Shown here: positions 51,838 through 61,696 of the stretch, in pieces
Layout of the letters: every line of letters begins with the position of its first letter
Numbering within the stretch: position 1 is the first letter of the stretch
Origin: Methanobacteriota archaeon
Lineage (GTDB): Archaea; Thermoplasmatota; E2; DHVEG-1
Length of the DNA stretch: 64,000 nucleotides
NCBI GenBank assembly: GCA_963769885.1
Contig: CAVYNH010000007.1
Span: forward strand, 128,001-192,000
Direction: 5' to 3'
Notes under the pieces: model-generated
What the model saw: the letters and a program-made list of their open reading frames with translations, nothing else
Databases searched by the model: none
What the model was told of the DNA's origin: nothing
Position numbers and translations under genes: made by a program

Positions 51838-52527
51838 AGCGGCCGGGAATACTGCGTGGTCTGAACCGCAGTGAAGACCCGCAGATGAGAGGCCGCTCGT
51901 CGTCTTTTTCTCACAACACTCGTTACATTTTTTGTCGCGGCGGGCAGGCGTCCGCCTGCCCCTTTACCGCGCGACAGGAGTACAAAAACTTATGGAGAGT
52001 GTATCGAGCGGCAGCTCTAAAAAGGTTGCGGGTGACACCCGCAACAACTGGGTGACCATAATGTTCCCGACACACAAAAGGTACCGGAACTTCCGAAAAC
52101 AAAGCCACATCGACACCTGCACCCAGACGTTCCACAACCTGGAACGCCTTGGGTTCGAGTTCGGCGAATTCGGATTCGCCGAAACCCATGTACATCTCCA
52201 GGTCAACGTTCCCAAGCGGTACTCCATTGAAACCGCTGAGATTATTCTCAAGTCTTACACCTCCCGGAGAATGTTCCAGGCTCACCCCGGGTTCCACAAA
52301 CGCTACCCCCGCGGGGGATTCTGGAGCGGGTACGAGCACCACGAGTCCACCGGATTGACCAGCCTTGATGAATCCTCAGCCTACCTACGCGATCAGCAAC
52401 ACCATCACAACGTGACCATCATCGACGACCGACAACAACGCCTGACCGCCGAGTGAGATACGGCAATGCCCAAGAGGGCTTGCCGAGGAACGAAGGCGGA
52501 ACGGGGTCATAGGGGCGCAGCCCCTAT
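51838..52527 (+). mobile_element. IS200-like element (TnpA only) with flanking hairpins
   Basis: Y1 transposase ORF; hairpins at 51851-51872, 52461-52485 and 52509-52527; ends approximate. Confidence 0.7.
51992..52456 (+). CDS. tnpA: IS200/IS605 family Y1 (HUH) transposase
   Basis: HVHL HUH motif, LKSYTSR, FWS, catalytic Y in AYLRDQ. Confidence 0.88.
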   Translation: MESVSSGSSKKVAGDTRNNWVTIMFPTHKRYRNFRKQSHIDTCTQTFHNLERLGFEFGEFGFAETHVHLQVNVPKRYSIETAEIILKSYTSRRMFQAHPGFHKRYPRGGFWSGYEHHESTGLTSLDESSAYLRDQQHHHNVTIIDDRQQRLTAE

Positions 52528-52718
52528 TTCATCATATCATGTAAATGAATCCAATGGATAGTAATCTTAACCTGTTTTGTTAAGGGAAGAAGACAAAATG
52601 CGCTGTGCTATTCTGGTCTTCTTGTTTATATATTTGCGGAGGCATCCAACGAATTTTCTCAAGGATGTCGACATGCTTATTAAACCAGGGGGTGTTCAGT
52701 GCTTATTTATGGTGAGTC

Positions 52719-53375
52719 ATGGAGATCGTCCCTGGCATCCATTGGGTCGAAGGCGTGAATGGGAACGTCTACGTTCTGACTGAACCTGAGCTGACATTGG
52801 TTGATACCGGGCTTCCGCACCATGCTAAGAGAATCCTTACCTACGTGACCGACGAACTCCATCGGAAACCAAGCGAGTTAACGACGATTATTCTCACGCA
52901 TTATCACATCGACCATATCGCGAACGCGGAGGAGCTCCGGCAGCTCACTGGCGCGAAGATTGCAGTCCACCAGGATGACGCCGACTATATCGAAGGGAAA
53001 AAACCCCTTCCGCACCCGAAGAATCTCCTGTTCCGACTCGCGACTTCCTTCATGCGCGTCCGTCCGTTTCATGTTGATATTCGCCTCCAGGATGCCAGCG
53101 TCGTCGCTGGGTGCACCGTCGTTCATCTTCCCGGTCATACCCCCGGCAGCATCGCCCTTTTCGTGCCACAACAGTCTACCCTGCTCTGCGGCGACACGGT
53201 ACGCTCACCTCATGGGAGCCTCAAGGCTCCCTCCCCGCAGTTCTCGTTCGATTATGAACAGGCGCTGCAGTCGGTCCAGAGGATCAAGACGCTTGAATTC
53301 GATGTCCTTCTCAGCGGGCATGGAAAGCCGGTGCGCCCGCAAGCCTCCGTTAAGGTACGGTCGGCGTTCCCCTAA
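52719..53375 (+). CDS. MBL-fold metallo-hydrolase
   Basis: LVDTG, THYHIDH, PGHTPG, GD, SGHG. Confidence 0.92.
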   Translation: MEIVPGIHWVEGVNGNVYVLTEPELTLVDTGLPHHAKRILTYVTDELHRKPSELTTIILTHYHIDHIANAEELRQLTGAKIAVHQDDADYIEGKKPLPHPKNLLFRLATSFMRVRPFHVDIRLQDASVVAGCTVVHLPGHTPGSIALFVPQQSTLLCGDTVRSPHGSLKAPSPQFSFDYEQALQSVQRIKTLEFDVLLSGHGKPVRPQASVKVRSAFP

Positions 53376-53516
53376 TTGAACATCACCTGCTGCAGTACCA
53401 ATGATCCTATGGTATGGGCGCCGCGCATCCAAGATATTTAAATAACGGACCCTATACACTCAAGGCTCCTGAGACCTGACCTTCACTCCTTTCGCGATAA
53501 TATAGGAGGTGAAACC

Positions 53517-53792
53517 ATTCCCGAAACAAAAAATGAGGGCAAAGAATCTATCGTACTATATGCGTTAAGCACCTGCATTTGGTGTCGGAAAACGAAGCAG
53601 CTGCTCAATAGTCTTGGGGTCAAGTACCTCATCGTTGATGTCGATTTACTGGAGGGACCTGCCCGTGATCGAGCGGAAGACGAAGTCCACAAGTACAATC
53701 CTCAAGGTACATTCCCTACCCTCGTCATCAACGCGAAGCAGTGCATCAGGGGATATCAAGAGGACGAAATACGGAAGGTCTTTGCGAATTGA
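53517..53792 (+). CDS. Glutaredoxin-like protein (absent from ORF track; ATT start)
   Basis: GGAGGTGA RBS then ATT; LYALSTCIWCRKTKQLL...NPQGTFPTLVIN; stop overlaps the next TTG. Confidence 0.88.
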   Translation: MPETKNEGKESIVLYALSTCIWCRKTKQLLNSLGVKYLIVDVDLLEGPARDRAEDEVHKYNPQGTFPTLVINAKQCIRGYQEDEIRKVFAN

Positions 53793-54310
53793 CCATAGTC
53801 CCGCCATCGAATGAACAGGTTGCCGCCGCCTACCAGCGGTACAAAAAAGACGCCGAGGCCAGCGGGTACAACCTCAACCCTGATGTCGAGTTCACGACAG
53901 CGTTGGTCGTGAGCTTGCTGGTGAACCAGCGGCGATACGGGTACCCCGCCTGTCCATGTCGGCTTGCTGCGGGGACAAAACAGGAGGATGTCGACATCAT
54001 TTGCCCCTGCGATTATCGCGACGCGGACCTCACGACGTATGGGGCATGCTACTGCGGGTTCTATGTCTCTCAGGCGGTGTTGAACGGGGAGGCATCGCTT
54101 CACCCCATTCCGGAACGACGACCATCACAAAGGGAGGACCGCCCTCAATTCCAGCGTTCGACGTCTCTGTTTCGTCTGGGGAAACCGGTGTGGCGCTGTC
54201 GGGTCTGCGGCTATCTGTGCGCTCGGGACGATCCCCCGGATATCTGCCCGATTTGCAAGGCGAAAAAAGACCGCTTTGAGTTGTTCATTGCTTCCAAGGG
54301 TTCACCGTAG
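53789..54310 (+). CDS. Ferredoxin:thioredoxin reductase catalytic domain fused to a rubredoxin-like domain
   Basis: YGYPACPCR, ICPC, GACYC; WRCRVCGY...CPIC. Confidence 0.9.
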   Translation: MTIVPPSNEQVAAAYQRYKKDAEASGYNLNPDVEFTTALVVSLLVNQRRYGYPACPCRLAAGTKQEDVDIICPCDYRDADLTTYGACYCGFYVSQAVLNGEASLHPIPERRPSQREDRPQFQRSTSLFRLGKPVWRCRVCGYLCARDDPPDICPICKAKKDRFELFIASKGSP

Positions 54311-54435
54311 ACACCATCGGCTGGGTTGAGCCGAGGTTTTCCTCACTGTCGCCTATCGGCGCATATTCTATTCACTAGCGTTAAACGATAACGGTTATAA
54401 AGGACAGAAAGCTTACCTGTACATTGGAGAGACAC

Positions 54436-54729
54436 ATGGCTGTGCATAGGCACCTCCTCGAAATCGAAGGTCAGCGGGGCATCCTGCAGATCCTCCTCGT
54501 CCTCAAGGAGAACGGCGACACGCTGTACGCCAACCTCTACAACAACCCCTCCGTCATCAACATCAGCAATAACGTGACCGCCAAGCGCGCCTTGGACATC
54601 CTTCTCAAGCATGAGCTGATCCGCCAGCGACGAGAGAAAGGCAAGCGAGCCATCTACTACTGCCTCACCGACAAGGGCAAGAAATTCACCAGTCACGTCT
54701 GCGTCATGCAGCGGATCCTCACCGAGTAG
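54436..54729 (+). CDS. Winged-helix transcriptional regulator
   Basis: ILQILL.L...RALD.L....LI...YCLTDKGK. Confidence 0.8.
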   Translation: MAVHRHLLEIEGQRGILQILLVLKENGDTLYANLYNNPSVINISNNVTAKRALDILLKHELIRQRREKGKRAIYYCLTDKGKKFTSHVCVMQRILTE

Positions 54730-54736
54730 GTCGGGC

Positions 54737-55147
54737 ATGGAGCGGTCCAGCGGCGGCGTAATCCGACACGCCGACCACTACCTCGTCCTGCAGTACGACC
54801 TCGGCCATTGGGGCTTCGTCAAAGGCCACATCGAGGCAAACGAGACTCCCGTCAACGCCTTCCTGAGGGAAGCATATGAAGAAACTGGCCTGACGGTGCA
54901 GGACCTCATCATCATCCCGGACTTCCACGAAAAGATCCATTATTTTTACAAGAAAGGCAGCCAGACTATCTTCAAAGAAGTCCAATATTTCCTTGCGGAC
55001 TCCCGCTCTCGGACCATCGCCCTCTCCTTTGAGCATAAGACCTACCTCTGGCTCCCGTTCATGGAGGCTATCAAGACCATCACCTTCCCTGAAGACCGGG
55101 AAATCCTCGAGAAGGCACACGCCTTCCTCTACCGAGCGAAGAAATAG
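54737..55147 (+). CDS. NUDIX hydrolase (Ap4A hydrolase-like)
   Basis: HWGFVKGH.E..E...A..RE..EETGL; LSFEH. Confidence 0.9.
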   Translation: MERSSGGVIRHADHYLVLQYDLGHWGFVKGHIEANETPVNAFLREAYEETGLTVQDLIIIPDFHEKIHYFYKKGSQTIFKEVQYFLADSRSRTIALSFEHKTYLWLPFMEAIKTITFPEDREILEKAHAFLYRAKK

Positions 55148-55359
55148 AGATAGTCCCAGACGTCCACATCCTCCCCCGATCGCTACCTAAAGGACTTACG
55201 GGCCCCTTCGATAATCACCCGCGCCACGTCGCTTGGATTCGCGCCGCTAAGCCCCATCATTCTCGTCTCCGTCCTTAGGCTATATAACGATGATTCAACA
55301 ATGATTTAAACAAGAAACACAATCTATTTGAGACGTCTTCTTTTTCTCTCGTCTTGCGT

Positions 55360-56475
55360 ATGGTGCTTTCTCCTAAGGCAAAGCGGGTTTCTCTGCAAGT
55401 ACTGAATAAGTATTGTCGGAAAGGGAACATGGCGCGCAGTCTTCGCGACTTCCTGCCGTCCGCCGGCCTTTCAAGGGAGGAGCGGCGAGATGTTGCTGAT
55501 CTCATGCATCGGGTGGTGCGGTGGAAGAAATTGTACGCCTATCTTGCGGAGAGGGCCGGAATAGATCTAACCCCCCAAACACTACTCGCCTATTCGGAGG
55601 AGAATGCACCGGCCAGTGACAACGCTCTTCCCATGGAGTATCGGAATTCGTGCTCGTCGTATGTTGCCGGGCTTTTCAAGGAGCACCCGGGGTGGGCTGA
55701 GTATCTTAATTCTGATCCTCCTACGACTTTATGCGTCAATCAGATTTTGACGACGCGAGAGGCGGTCAAGGTGAGACTTGTTGGAGAACAGCTCTCGGTC
55801 CGTGACGGTACGCTGCCGACGGCTCTCCTCTCAGATTCTTCTGAAGTGAAGGATGCTGCTGTGCTTCAGGAGAAGCTTGTACATGTTCTTGACGAGAGCA
55901 GTCAGTTGGTCTCCTTGCTTGCGGTAAGCCTTGGGGATCGAGTCTTTGATTATTGTGCAGGGAATGGCGGGAAGACGCTAGCTATGGCGTCTCTTTCAAG
56001 GAATTCAAGGCTGCTTTTTGCCTATGAGACTGATGAGTCGCGGTTGGCCACACTGCGACGTCGGCTCGAGGAGTACCAAGCCGTGGTTAGGACTGAAACG
56101 ATGCCGCCGACTGATTCCATGGATGTTGTCCTCCTTGATGCTCCCTGCACGGGGCTTGGTGCGGCTCGACGGAATCCAGAAGCAAAGTACATCGAGAGTC
56201 CCGGTGATTTTCCTCGGGTTCAGGCGTCGATTCTTCGGGAGTCGATGAGATTCGTCAGGCCTCAGGGGTTTCTGGTGTACGTGGTCTGCACGATTACGCC
56301 GGAGGAAACCTCGGATGTGATTTCTTCGTTCGTCAAGGAGGCGCCCTTCAAGATTTCAAAACCTCCCTCTTCACTTGCCTCTTCTTTTGAACCAACTGTT
56401 AATGGGTATTTTACACGGATTCCGCAGGGTGACTTGTTTTTTGTCAGCATCCTTCAGAGAAAAATTACAGGTTAG
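55360..56475 (+). CDS. RsmB/NOP family RNA m5C methyltransferase
   Basis: DESSQL, DYCAG.GGKT, LDAPCTG.G, Y..CT. Confidence 0.85.
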   Translation: MVLSPKAKRVSLQVLNKYCRKGNMARSLRDFLPSAGLSREERRDVADLMHRVVRWKKLYAYLAERAGIDLTPQTLLAYSEENAPASDNALPMEYRNSCSSYVAGLFKEHPGWAEYLNSDPPTTLCVNQILTTREAVKVRLVGEQLSVRDGTLPTALLSDSSEVKDAAVLQEKLVHVLDESSQLVSLLAVSLGDRVFDYCAGNGGKTLAMASLSRNSRLLFAYETDESRLATLRRRLEEYQAVVRTETMPPTDSMDVVLLDAPCTGLGAARRNPEAKYIESPGDFPRVQASILRESMRFVRPQGFLVYVVCTITPEETSDVISSFVKEAPFKISKPPSSLASSFEPTVNGYFTRIPQGDLFFVSILQRKITG

Positions 56476-56632
56476 TTAAAAACGGGAGGAAGGAATGGGG
56501 AAAACATGAAGAGGCAGCTGGGATGTTAAGCGCGGATTCCCTTCCTCACCAAGGTTCTATTTCTTCATGAAGCTATTTATAGGTTCAGGGGAAATATGGC
56601 AGAATGCCGATTTTACCATCGCGTTGTCAGGG

Positions 56633-57931
56633 TCACATCTTATACATGACCAGCCCGGAGAGCATCTTGGGCAGGAAGTACGTCGATTTCTGCGGCATGA
56701 CTTCTTGGGCGTCGGCAATCGCCTTCAGCTGTTCGATTCTCGTGGCGTTAAGGAAGAAGGAGAAGTCGTATCTCCCGTCGTCGACGAGCTGGACCGCTTC
56801 GGCGTCGACGCGGGTGTATTTGACGTGGTCTTCGATGTTTTTTTCCGTGATGCCGAGGATCTCTTCGAGGATGAGCTTGTGGAGGATGGAGACGTCCAGG
56901 GTCCGCCAGGTTTTTAAGTGCTCGGAGGCGATCTTATCCATGACTCCTTCATCGTTAAGCGTCAGGATCCAGTACCCATTTCGGGTGTAGAGCCCAAACT
57001 TATGCTGGGACGTCGTGGCCAGGGCAGCCATCGCAGCGGCACCCCGTTCCTCAGCGGTTTTTTTCCCAGTGAGCGATGTTTTTTCTATCGTGAAGTATTT
57101 TCCGAGGCGTTCCTCAAGTTCTGCGAAGTCGGCGTCTGGTAAGGTGATGAGCCGGTGTGTCGGGAGGATTGAAAGGCCGGGGTCGAACATGTTGCAGAGG
57201 ACGACCATGATATAATTGTAGGGTGCATTCGGGTCTGGAGTCTTCCCCTGTGGCTGTTCCGTTGCATAATTGATTGAGGTTTGGTACCGGTGGTGGCCAT
57301 CGGCGATGAAGAGAATCTTGTCTTTGAGGGCGTTGACGGTGGCGGTAACGGCGGCGGGGTCGTCGAGCTTCCAGAGGGTGTGGGTGAATCCGTCGTAGCC
57401 TTTGACCTGGATTTGCGGGGCGCCGCGTGCCTTGTCGATGGTTTTACGGATGGTGTCGTGTTGGTCCATGTACATGAGTTGGATGGGTTCGAGGTTGGCT
57501 TTGCAGGCGCGCAGGAGGTTGAGGCGGTCGACCTTGGGTTTAGAAAGGGTTTTTTCATGGGCTTTGACGGTCTTGTAGTCTGGGTCGAGGTGCAGGAGGA
57601 TGAAGAAGCCATGCATCTGTTCTTTCTGTCCTTTGGTGGTGTAGTCGACTTGGTAGGGGTAGATGGCGGGGGTGGTGGTGGAGGTGAGAATCTGGTGTTG
57701 TTGCCAATCGTCGAAGAGGGTTTTGGCGCGGGTGTAGCGGTTGTCTGTATCGGTGTCGGTGGGCTGGATTTTGTTGAGGATGAGTCGGACGAAGTTGCGG
57801 GGGTCTTGGTCGTAGAGGTGCTGTTGCATCGTGTCTGAGATGATGTCGTAGGGGGGTGACATGACGGCGTCGAGGTTTTTGATCTTGGTTGTGTTATATT
57901 GGACACCTTTGAAGGGGGCGACATGAACCAT
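56633..57931 (-). CDS. DUF1015 family protein
   Basis: PPYDII, HEKT, IADGHHRY, PTHR, MPQKSTYF.PK..SGL. Confidence 0.92.
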   Translation of the reverse strand: MVHVAPFKGVQYNTTKIKNLDAVMSPPYDIISDTMQQHLYDQDPRNFVRLILNKIQPTDTDTDNRYTRAKTLFDDWQQHQILTSTTTPAIYPYQVDYTTKGQKEQMHGFFILLHLDPDYKTVKAHEKTLSKPKVDRLNLLRACKANLEPIQLMYMDQHDTIRKTIDKARGAPQIQVKGYDGFTHTLWKLDDPAAVTATVNALKDKILFIADGHHRYQTSINYATEQPQGKTPDPNAPYNYIMVVLCNMFDPGLSILPTHRLITLPDADFAELEERLGKYFTIEKTSLTGKKTAEERGAAAMAALATTSQHKFGLYTRNGYWILTLNDEGVMDKIASEHLKTWRTLDVSILHKLILEEILGITEKNIEDHVKYTRVDAEAVQLVDDGRYDFSFFLNATRIEQLKAIADAQEVMPQKSTYFLPKMLSGLVMYKM

Positions 57932-58179
57932 ATGATGGGGCCTCCGGTTCTCCCGTAGCTGGTGTCTTTTTAAAAATGTTCTCTTTTGCCGAGGAGAGTA
58001 GAATCTTGGTGTCCTCTTATTGTGTAGAAGAAACGTTGTTTTCCCGGAGCATTTTTTTTCATCTCACACCAAGGGATGGCCGATGCAGAGGCTGTGATTC
58101 GAATGCGGTCAGGGCCAAAGATGAAGTCGCCGGTCTGAATCTCAAATCGTCATAGGGAAACATTTTAACAGGAAGCTGT

Positions 58180-59358
58180 ATGTCCAAGCCGAGAAACAGA
58201 ATGGATCGACCCACAAACTCCCTGGAAGACTATTCCTTATGCGACGCGTGTTCTCAAAGGCTGACAAAGTTCCAACAGGATAAAAACATCTCGATTCAGA
58301 TTGTTCCCCTGAAGGAATGCTGGCTCTGCCAAGGGCTCTTGTCTGAGATCCCTCATTTCGCAGATCTCATTGAATCAGCACTGAGAGAGTTCGAGTATGG
58401 GTCTTTTCTCATCGGCTCCAAGGTTGATGACAACCTCGCCTCGCGGGAAGAGCTCCTGTGGCAGCATCTCGGCATCCAAGGCGAACCGATCAAGATGCAG
58501 CTGAACCGGGAGATCGGCAAACTCCTCGAACCACGACTTGGGAAACCAGTGGATTTTGAGCATCCGGATATCGTTGCCATGATTGATACCAGCTTTGATG
58601 TTGTGTCTCTCCAGATCAGCTCTGTGTACATTTACGGTCGCTACCGGAAACTCGCCCGTGGTATTCCGCAGACGAAATGGCCGTGTCGGATCTGTAATGG
58701 GAAAGGCTGCCGGTCCTGCGGGTTCAAAGGAAAACTCTATGAGACCAGCGTGGAAGAGCTCATCGCGGGCCCGCTCCTCGCCGCGGCTCAGGGCACTGAA
58801 CATGCTATGCATGGCTGTGGCCGGGAGGATATCGACGCCCGGATGCTCGGCACCGGACGCCCCTTCGTTGTAGAAATCAAAAACCCGAAAGTCCGCAACT
58901 TAGACCTCTTGGAGCTCTCCCGAGTGATTAACAAGTCGGCTGTAGGTCAGATAGAGGCCTTGGAGCTGCGGTTTACGAAGAAAGATGACGTGGAGCGGTT
59001 GAAGAGCGCGGAGTTCCGGAAAGTCTATCAAGTGCTGGTGGAAACGCAACAGGCGATTCCGAAAGAAAGGTTTATAAAGACGGTACAGGGATTACGGGGT
59101 GCAACCATTCAACAGTATACACCGACCAGAGTTGCTCATCGGCGAGCTCATAAGGTTAGAGTTCGCACGATATACAATTGCAGTGTTGAATCGGTAGCGG
59201 ATACCAGAGCACATCTGACGATTGAGACAGAGTCTGGCACCTATATCAAGGAGTTCGTCTCGGGCGACGGCGGGAAAACACAGCCGAACCTCAGCGACTT
59301 GCTCGGCACACCGTGTGTCGTCCGGGAACTTGACGTCATCGACGTCAAGGGGGAATAG
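58180..59358 (+). CDS. pus10: tRNA pseudouridine(54/55) synthase Pus10
   Basis: GRYRKL.RGIPQT.W, GREDIDARMLG.GRPF, Q.TP.RV..RR, GTYIKE. Confidence 0.95.
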   Translation: MSKPRNRMDRPTNSLEDYSLCDACSQRLTKFQQDKNISIQIVPLKECWLCQGLLSEIPHFADLIESALREFEYGSFLIGSKVDDNLASREELLWQHLGIQGEPIKMQLNREIGKLLEPRLGKPVDFEHPDIVAMIDTSFDVVSLQISSVYIYGRYRKLARGIPQTKWPCRICNGKGCRSCGFKGKLYETSVEELIAGPLLAAAQGTEHAMHGCGREDIDARMLGTGRPFVVEIKNPKVRNLDLLELSRVINKSAVGQIEALELRFTKKDDVERLKSAEFRKVYQVLVETQQAIPKERFIKTVQGLRGATIQQYTPTRVAHRRAHKVRVRTIYNCSVESVADTRAHLTIETESGTYIKEFVSGDGGKTQPNLSDLLGTPCVVRELDVIDVKGE

Positions 59359-59361
59359 CCC

Positions 59362-59655
59362 ATGGTCATACGATCGAAAGGAACGCGAAACAAGAGTCGG
59401 TACATCATGCGAAAGAAGCCGCGGGCCCGCGGCATCTCGGCCATCACCCGCGCGCTGCAGACCTTCCAAATCGGCGATAGCGTTGCTATCACGATAGACT
59501 CAGCCGTGCATAAGGGTATGCCCCATCACCGGTTCCAGGGGTTCACTGGGAAGGTCGAGGGCATGCAGGGGAACGCGTACCTAGTCGGCGTGGTCGTCGG
59601 CCACAAGCATAAGACCCTGGTCGTGCGCCCCGAGCACCTTGGGAGAGTCGTGTAA
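59362..59655 (+). CDS. rpl21e: 50S ribosomal protein L21e
   Basis: GMPHHRFQG.TG, RPEHL. Confidence 0.96.
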   Translation: MVIRSKGTRNKSRYIMRKKPRARGISAITRALQTFQIGDSVAITIDSAVHKGMPHHRFQGFTGKVEGMQGNAYLVGVVVGHKHKTLVVRPEHLGRVV

Positions 59656-59657
59656 TC

Positions 59658-59993
59658 ATGGCCGAGGAACACGCCAAGCCCGTGTCGCTTGCCGAGGTTA
59701 AGAACATCCTGCGCAAGATCAGCAAGGAACGCAAGGAGCTCATCTACGAGCAGCGGATCGCGCTTGAGCATGCGGAGCGGTTCTCCACGTTGTCTGCGAA
59801 GCAGACCAAGGACCTGACCGCCGAGCTGTTGAAACTAGAGCATATCGAGGAGTTTCATGCTTATAAGATCGCGGACATCCTCCCGCGGACGGTGGATGAT
59901 GTGAAGGCGATCTTCGCAAAGGAACGAGTGTCTCCGAACGAGAAGGAGATTAAGGCCATCATCGAGTTGGTCAATAAGTACTCGGTTGAGTAG
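59658..59993 (+). CDS. rpoF: RNA polymerase subunit F (Rpo4)
   Basis: YEQ..ALEH, KIADILP; conserved rpl21e-rpoF-DUF655-ksgA order. Confidence 0.93.
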   Translation: MAEEHAKPVSLAEVKNILRKISKERKELIYEQRIALEHAERFSTLSAKQTKDLTAELLKLEHIEEFHAYKIADILPRTVDDVKAIFAKERVSPNEKEIKAIIELVNKYSVE

Positions 59994-60017
59994 GACACAG
60001 AGCGAGAGGGTGAGAGA

Positions 60018-60599
60018 GTGGAGGACTACGTCTATGTGTTAGATTTCTTACCGAAAGGCAGGGGAGATCTTCCACCGTTTAAGCGGACCCCGCTCGTGTA
60101 CGGCATCGGGGAGAGCCAGTTCACCTTCCTGGAGTTGATCCCGAAGCATGAGGCGACATTCACCATCGGCGAGCGGGTGTACGTCGGCAAGGAGCCCCTG
60201 CAGCGCGTCAAGATCGAGAAGATCAAGGGCCGGGTGAACTTCGACAACCTGACCGCGACCGCGCATGGCGAGCTGCCCTATGTGATTAACGACATCGTGA
60301 AGAACCAGGAGGCGCAGTTCGTGAAGTTCTTTAACGAGGCGTCCGCGATCTCCACACGCTTTCATGTCCTTGAATTACTCCCGGGTTTGGGGAAGAAGAT
60401 GATGCACCAGATTCTGGATGAGCGGAAGAAGAAGCCGTTCACGAGTTTTCAGGAGATGCAGGACCGAATCGATTTTCTGCGCTCCCCGGACAAGCTGATC
60501 TCCAAGCGCATCGAGCTGGAGCTGACAGACCCGAACCAGAAGTACCGGATTTTTACGCGGGCGCCGATCTCTCACGACTCCGAATCGTCGCATTATTGA
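60018..60599 (+). CDS. DUF655 putative RNA-binding protein
   Basis: VLDFLP.G, FFNEA..I.TR.H.LELLPGLGKK. Confidence 0.92.
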   Translation: MEDYVYVLDFLPKGRGDLPPFKRTPLVYGIGESQFTFLELIPKHEATFTIGERVYVGKEPLQRVKIEKIKGRVNFDNLTATAHGELPYVINDIVKNQEAQFVKFFNEASAISTRFHVLELLPGLGKKMMHQILDERKKKPFTSFQEMQDRIDFLRSPDKLISKRIELELTDPNQKYRIFTRAPISHDSESSHY

Positions 60600-60609
60600 T
60601 AGCGGTGCC

Positions 60610-61365
60610 ATGGCATCGGCTCGTCTCGGCCAGCATTTTCTCATAGACCCTGCCGTCGCGCAGCGGGAAATCGACTACGCGCAACTGACATGGGACGATG
60701 TCGTCCTTGAAATCGGGCCAGGCACCGGTGCGCTCACCCGCCTGCTCGCCAAAGCCGCCCGGCAGGTCATCGCCATCGAGCTCGACACCGCGCTTGCGAA
60801 CCAACTTACGAAATCAATGCCCGACAACGTACAGCTTCTTCGAGGGAACGCGGTCACTGTGGACTTCGCCAGCCTCCCACAGTTCAATAAAGTCGTCGCC
60901 AACCTCCCCTTCTGGATTTCTACCGACATCACCATAAAGCTGCTTCATTGGCCAATAGAAAAGGCCGTGCTTATCTACCAATGGGAGTTCGCCCGACGGC
61001 TCGCCGCCGCCCCAGGCTCCAAACACTATGGTCGTCTGTCGGTTCTGGTCTCTTATCGAGCAACCTGCCGGCTCCTGGAACGCGTCCCCCGAACGAGCTT
61101 CAATCCACCACCCGCTGTCGACGCAGCCATCGTCGAACTCATTCCCCGGGCCATGCCGGCGTTCACCGTCCGAGACGAAGCGTTCTTCTTCGATGTCGTC
61201 CGACGCCTGTTCACCCATCGCCGCAAGAAGATCAAAACAATCCTCAAAGCGTTCACCCCAGACCTCGAAGGGCTCCCGTTCCTCGATGACCGAGTCGAAC
61301 ACCTGTCCCCGGAGCAGATCGGCCGACTTAGCGACCTCCTCCTGAAAAAAATCAGACGATCCTAG
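60610..61365 (+). CDS. rsmA: 16S rRNA dimethyladenosine transferase
   Basis: LGQHFL, LEIGPG.G.LT, ANLPF, YGRLSV. Confidence 0.95.
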   Translation: MASARLGQHFLIDPAVAQREIDYAQLTWDDVVLEIGPGTGALTRLLAKAARQVIAIELDTALANQLTKSMPDNVQLLRGNAVTVDFASLPQFNKVVANLPFWISTDITIKLLHWPIEKAVLIYQWEFARRLAAAPGSKHYGRLSVLVSYRATCRLLERVPRTSFNPPPAVDAAIVELIPRAMPAFTVRDEAFFFDVVRRLFTHRRKKIKTILKAFTPDLEGLPFLDDRVEHLSPEQIGRLSDLLLKKIRRS

Positions 61366-61390
61366 ACAAACTCCTCTTTTTCTCACGGGC

Positions 61391-61609
61391 TCAGTGCACG
61401 AGGTTCATGAGCTGCTGCTGAAGCCATGCTAGGGCACCTAACATATCAAGGACTACGAGGAATAGGATAATGAGGATGATATATAGGAAATACCGCACCG
61501 CGAACCGGATCACCAGCCAAATCACCAAAAATACCAAAATGATGAGAAACAAGAACGCCCACAGTGGGACCGTATACGAAAAGAACTCGACGGCCACAAT
61601 CCCAAGCAT
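61391..61609 (-). CDS. Small two-helix membrane protein
   Basis: Two long hydrophobic stretches. Confidence 0.6.
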   Translation of the reverse strand: MLGIVAVEFFSYTVPLWAFLFLIILVFLVIWLVIRFAVRYFLYIILIILFLVVLDMLGALAWLQQQLMNLVH

Positions 61610-61696
61610 ATCCCCGGAACCAATATAAACATTTGGAAAAACCATACCGCCTAACGTCCCCAAATCTCAAAAACTCCTCAACCATCTCAGTTCTCT

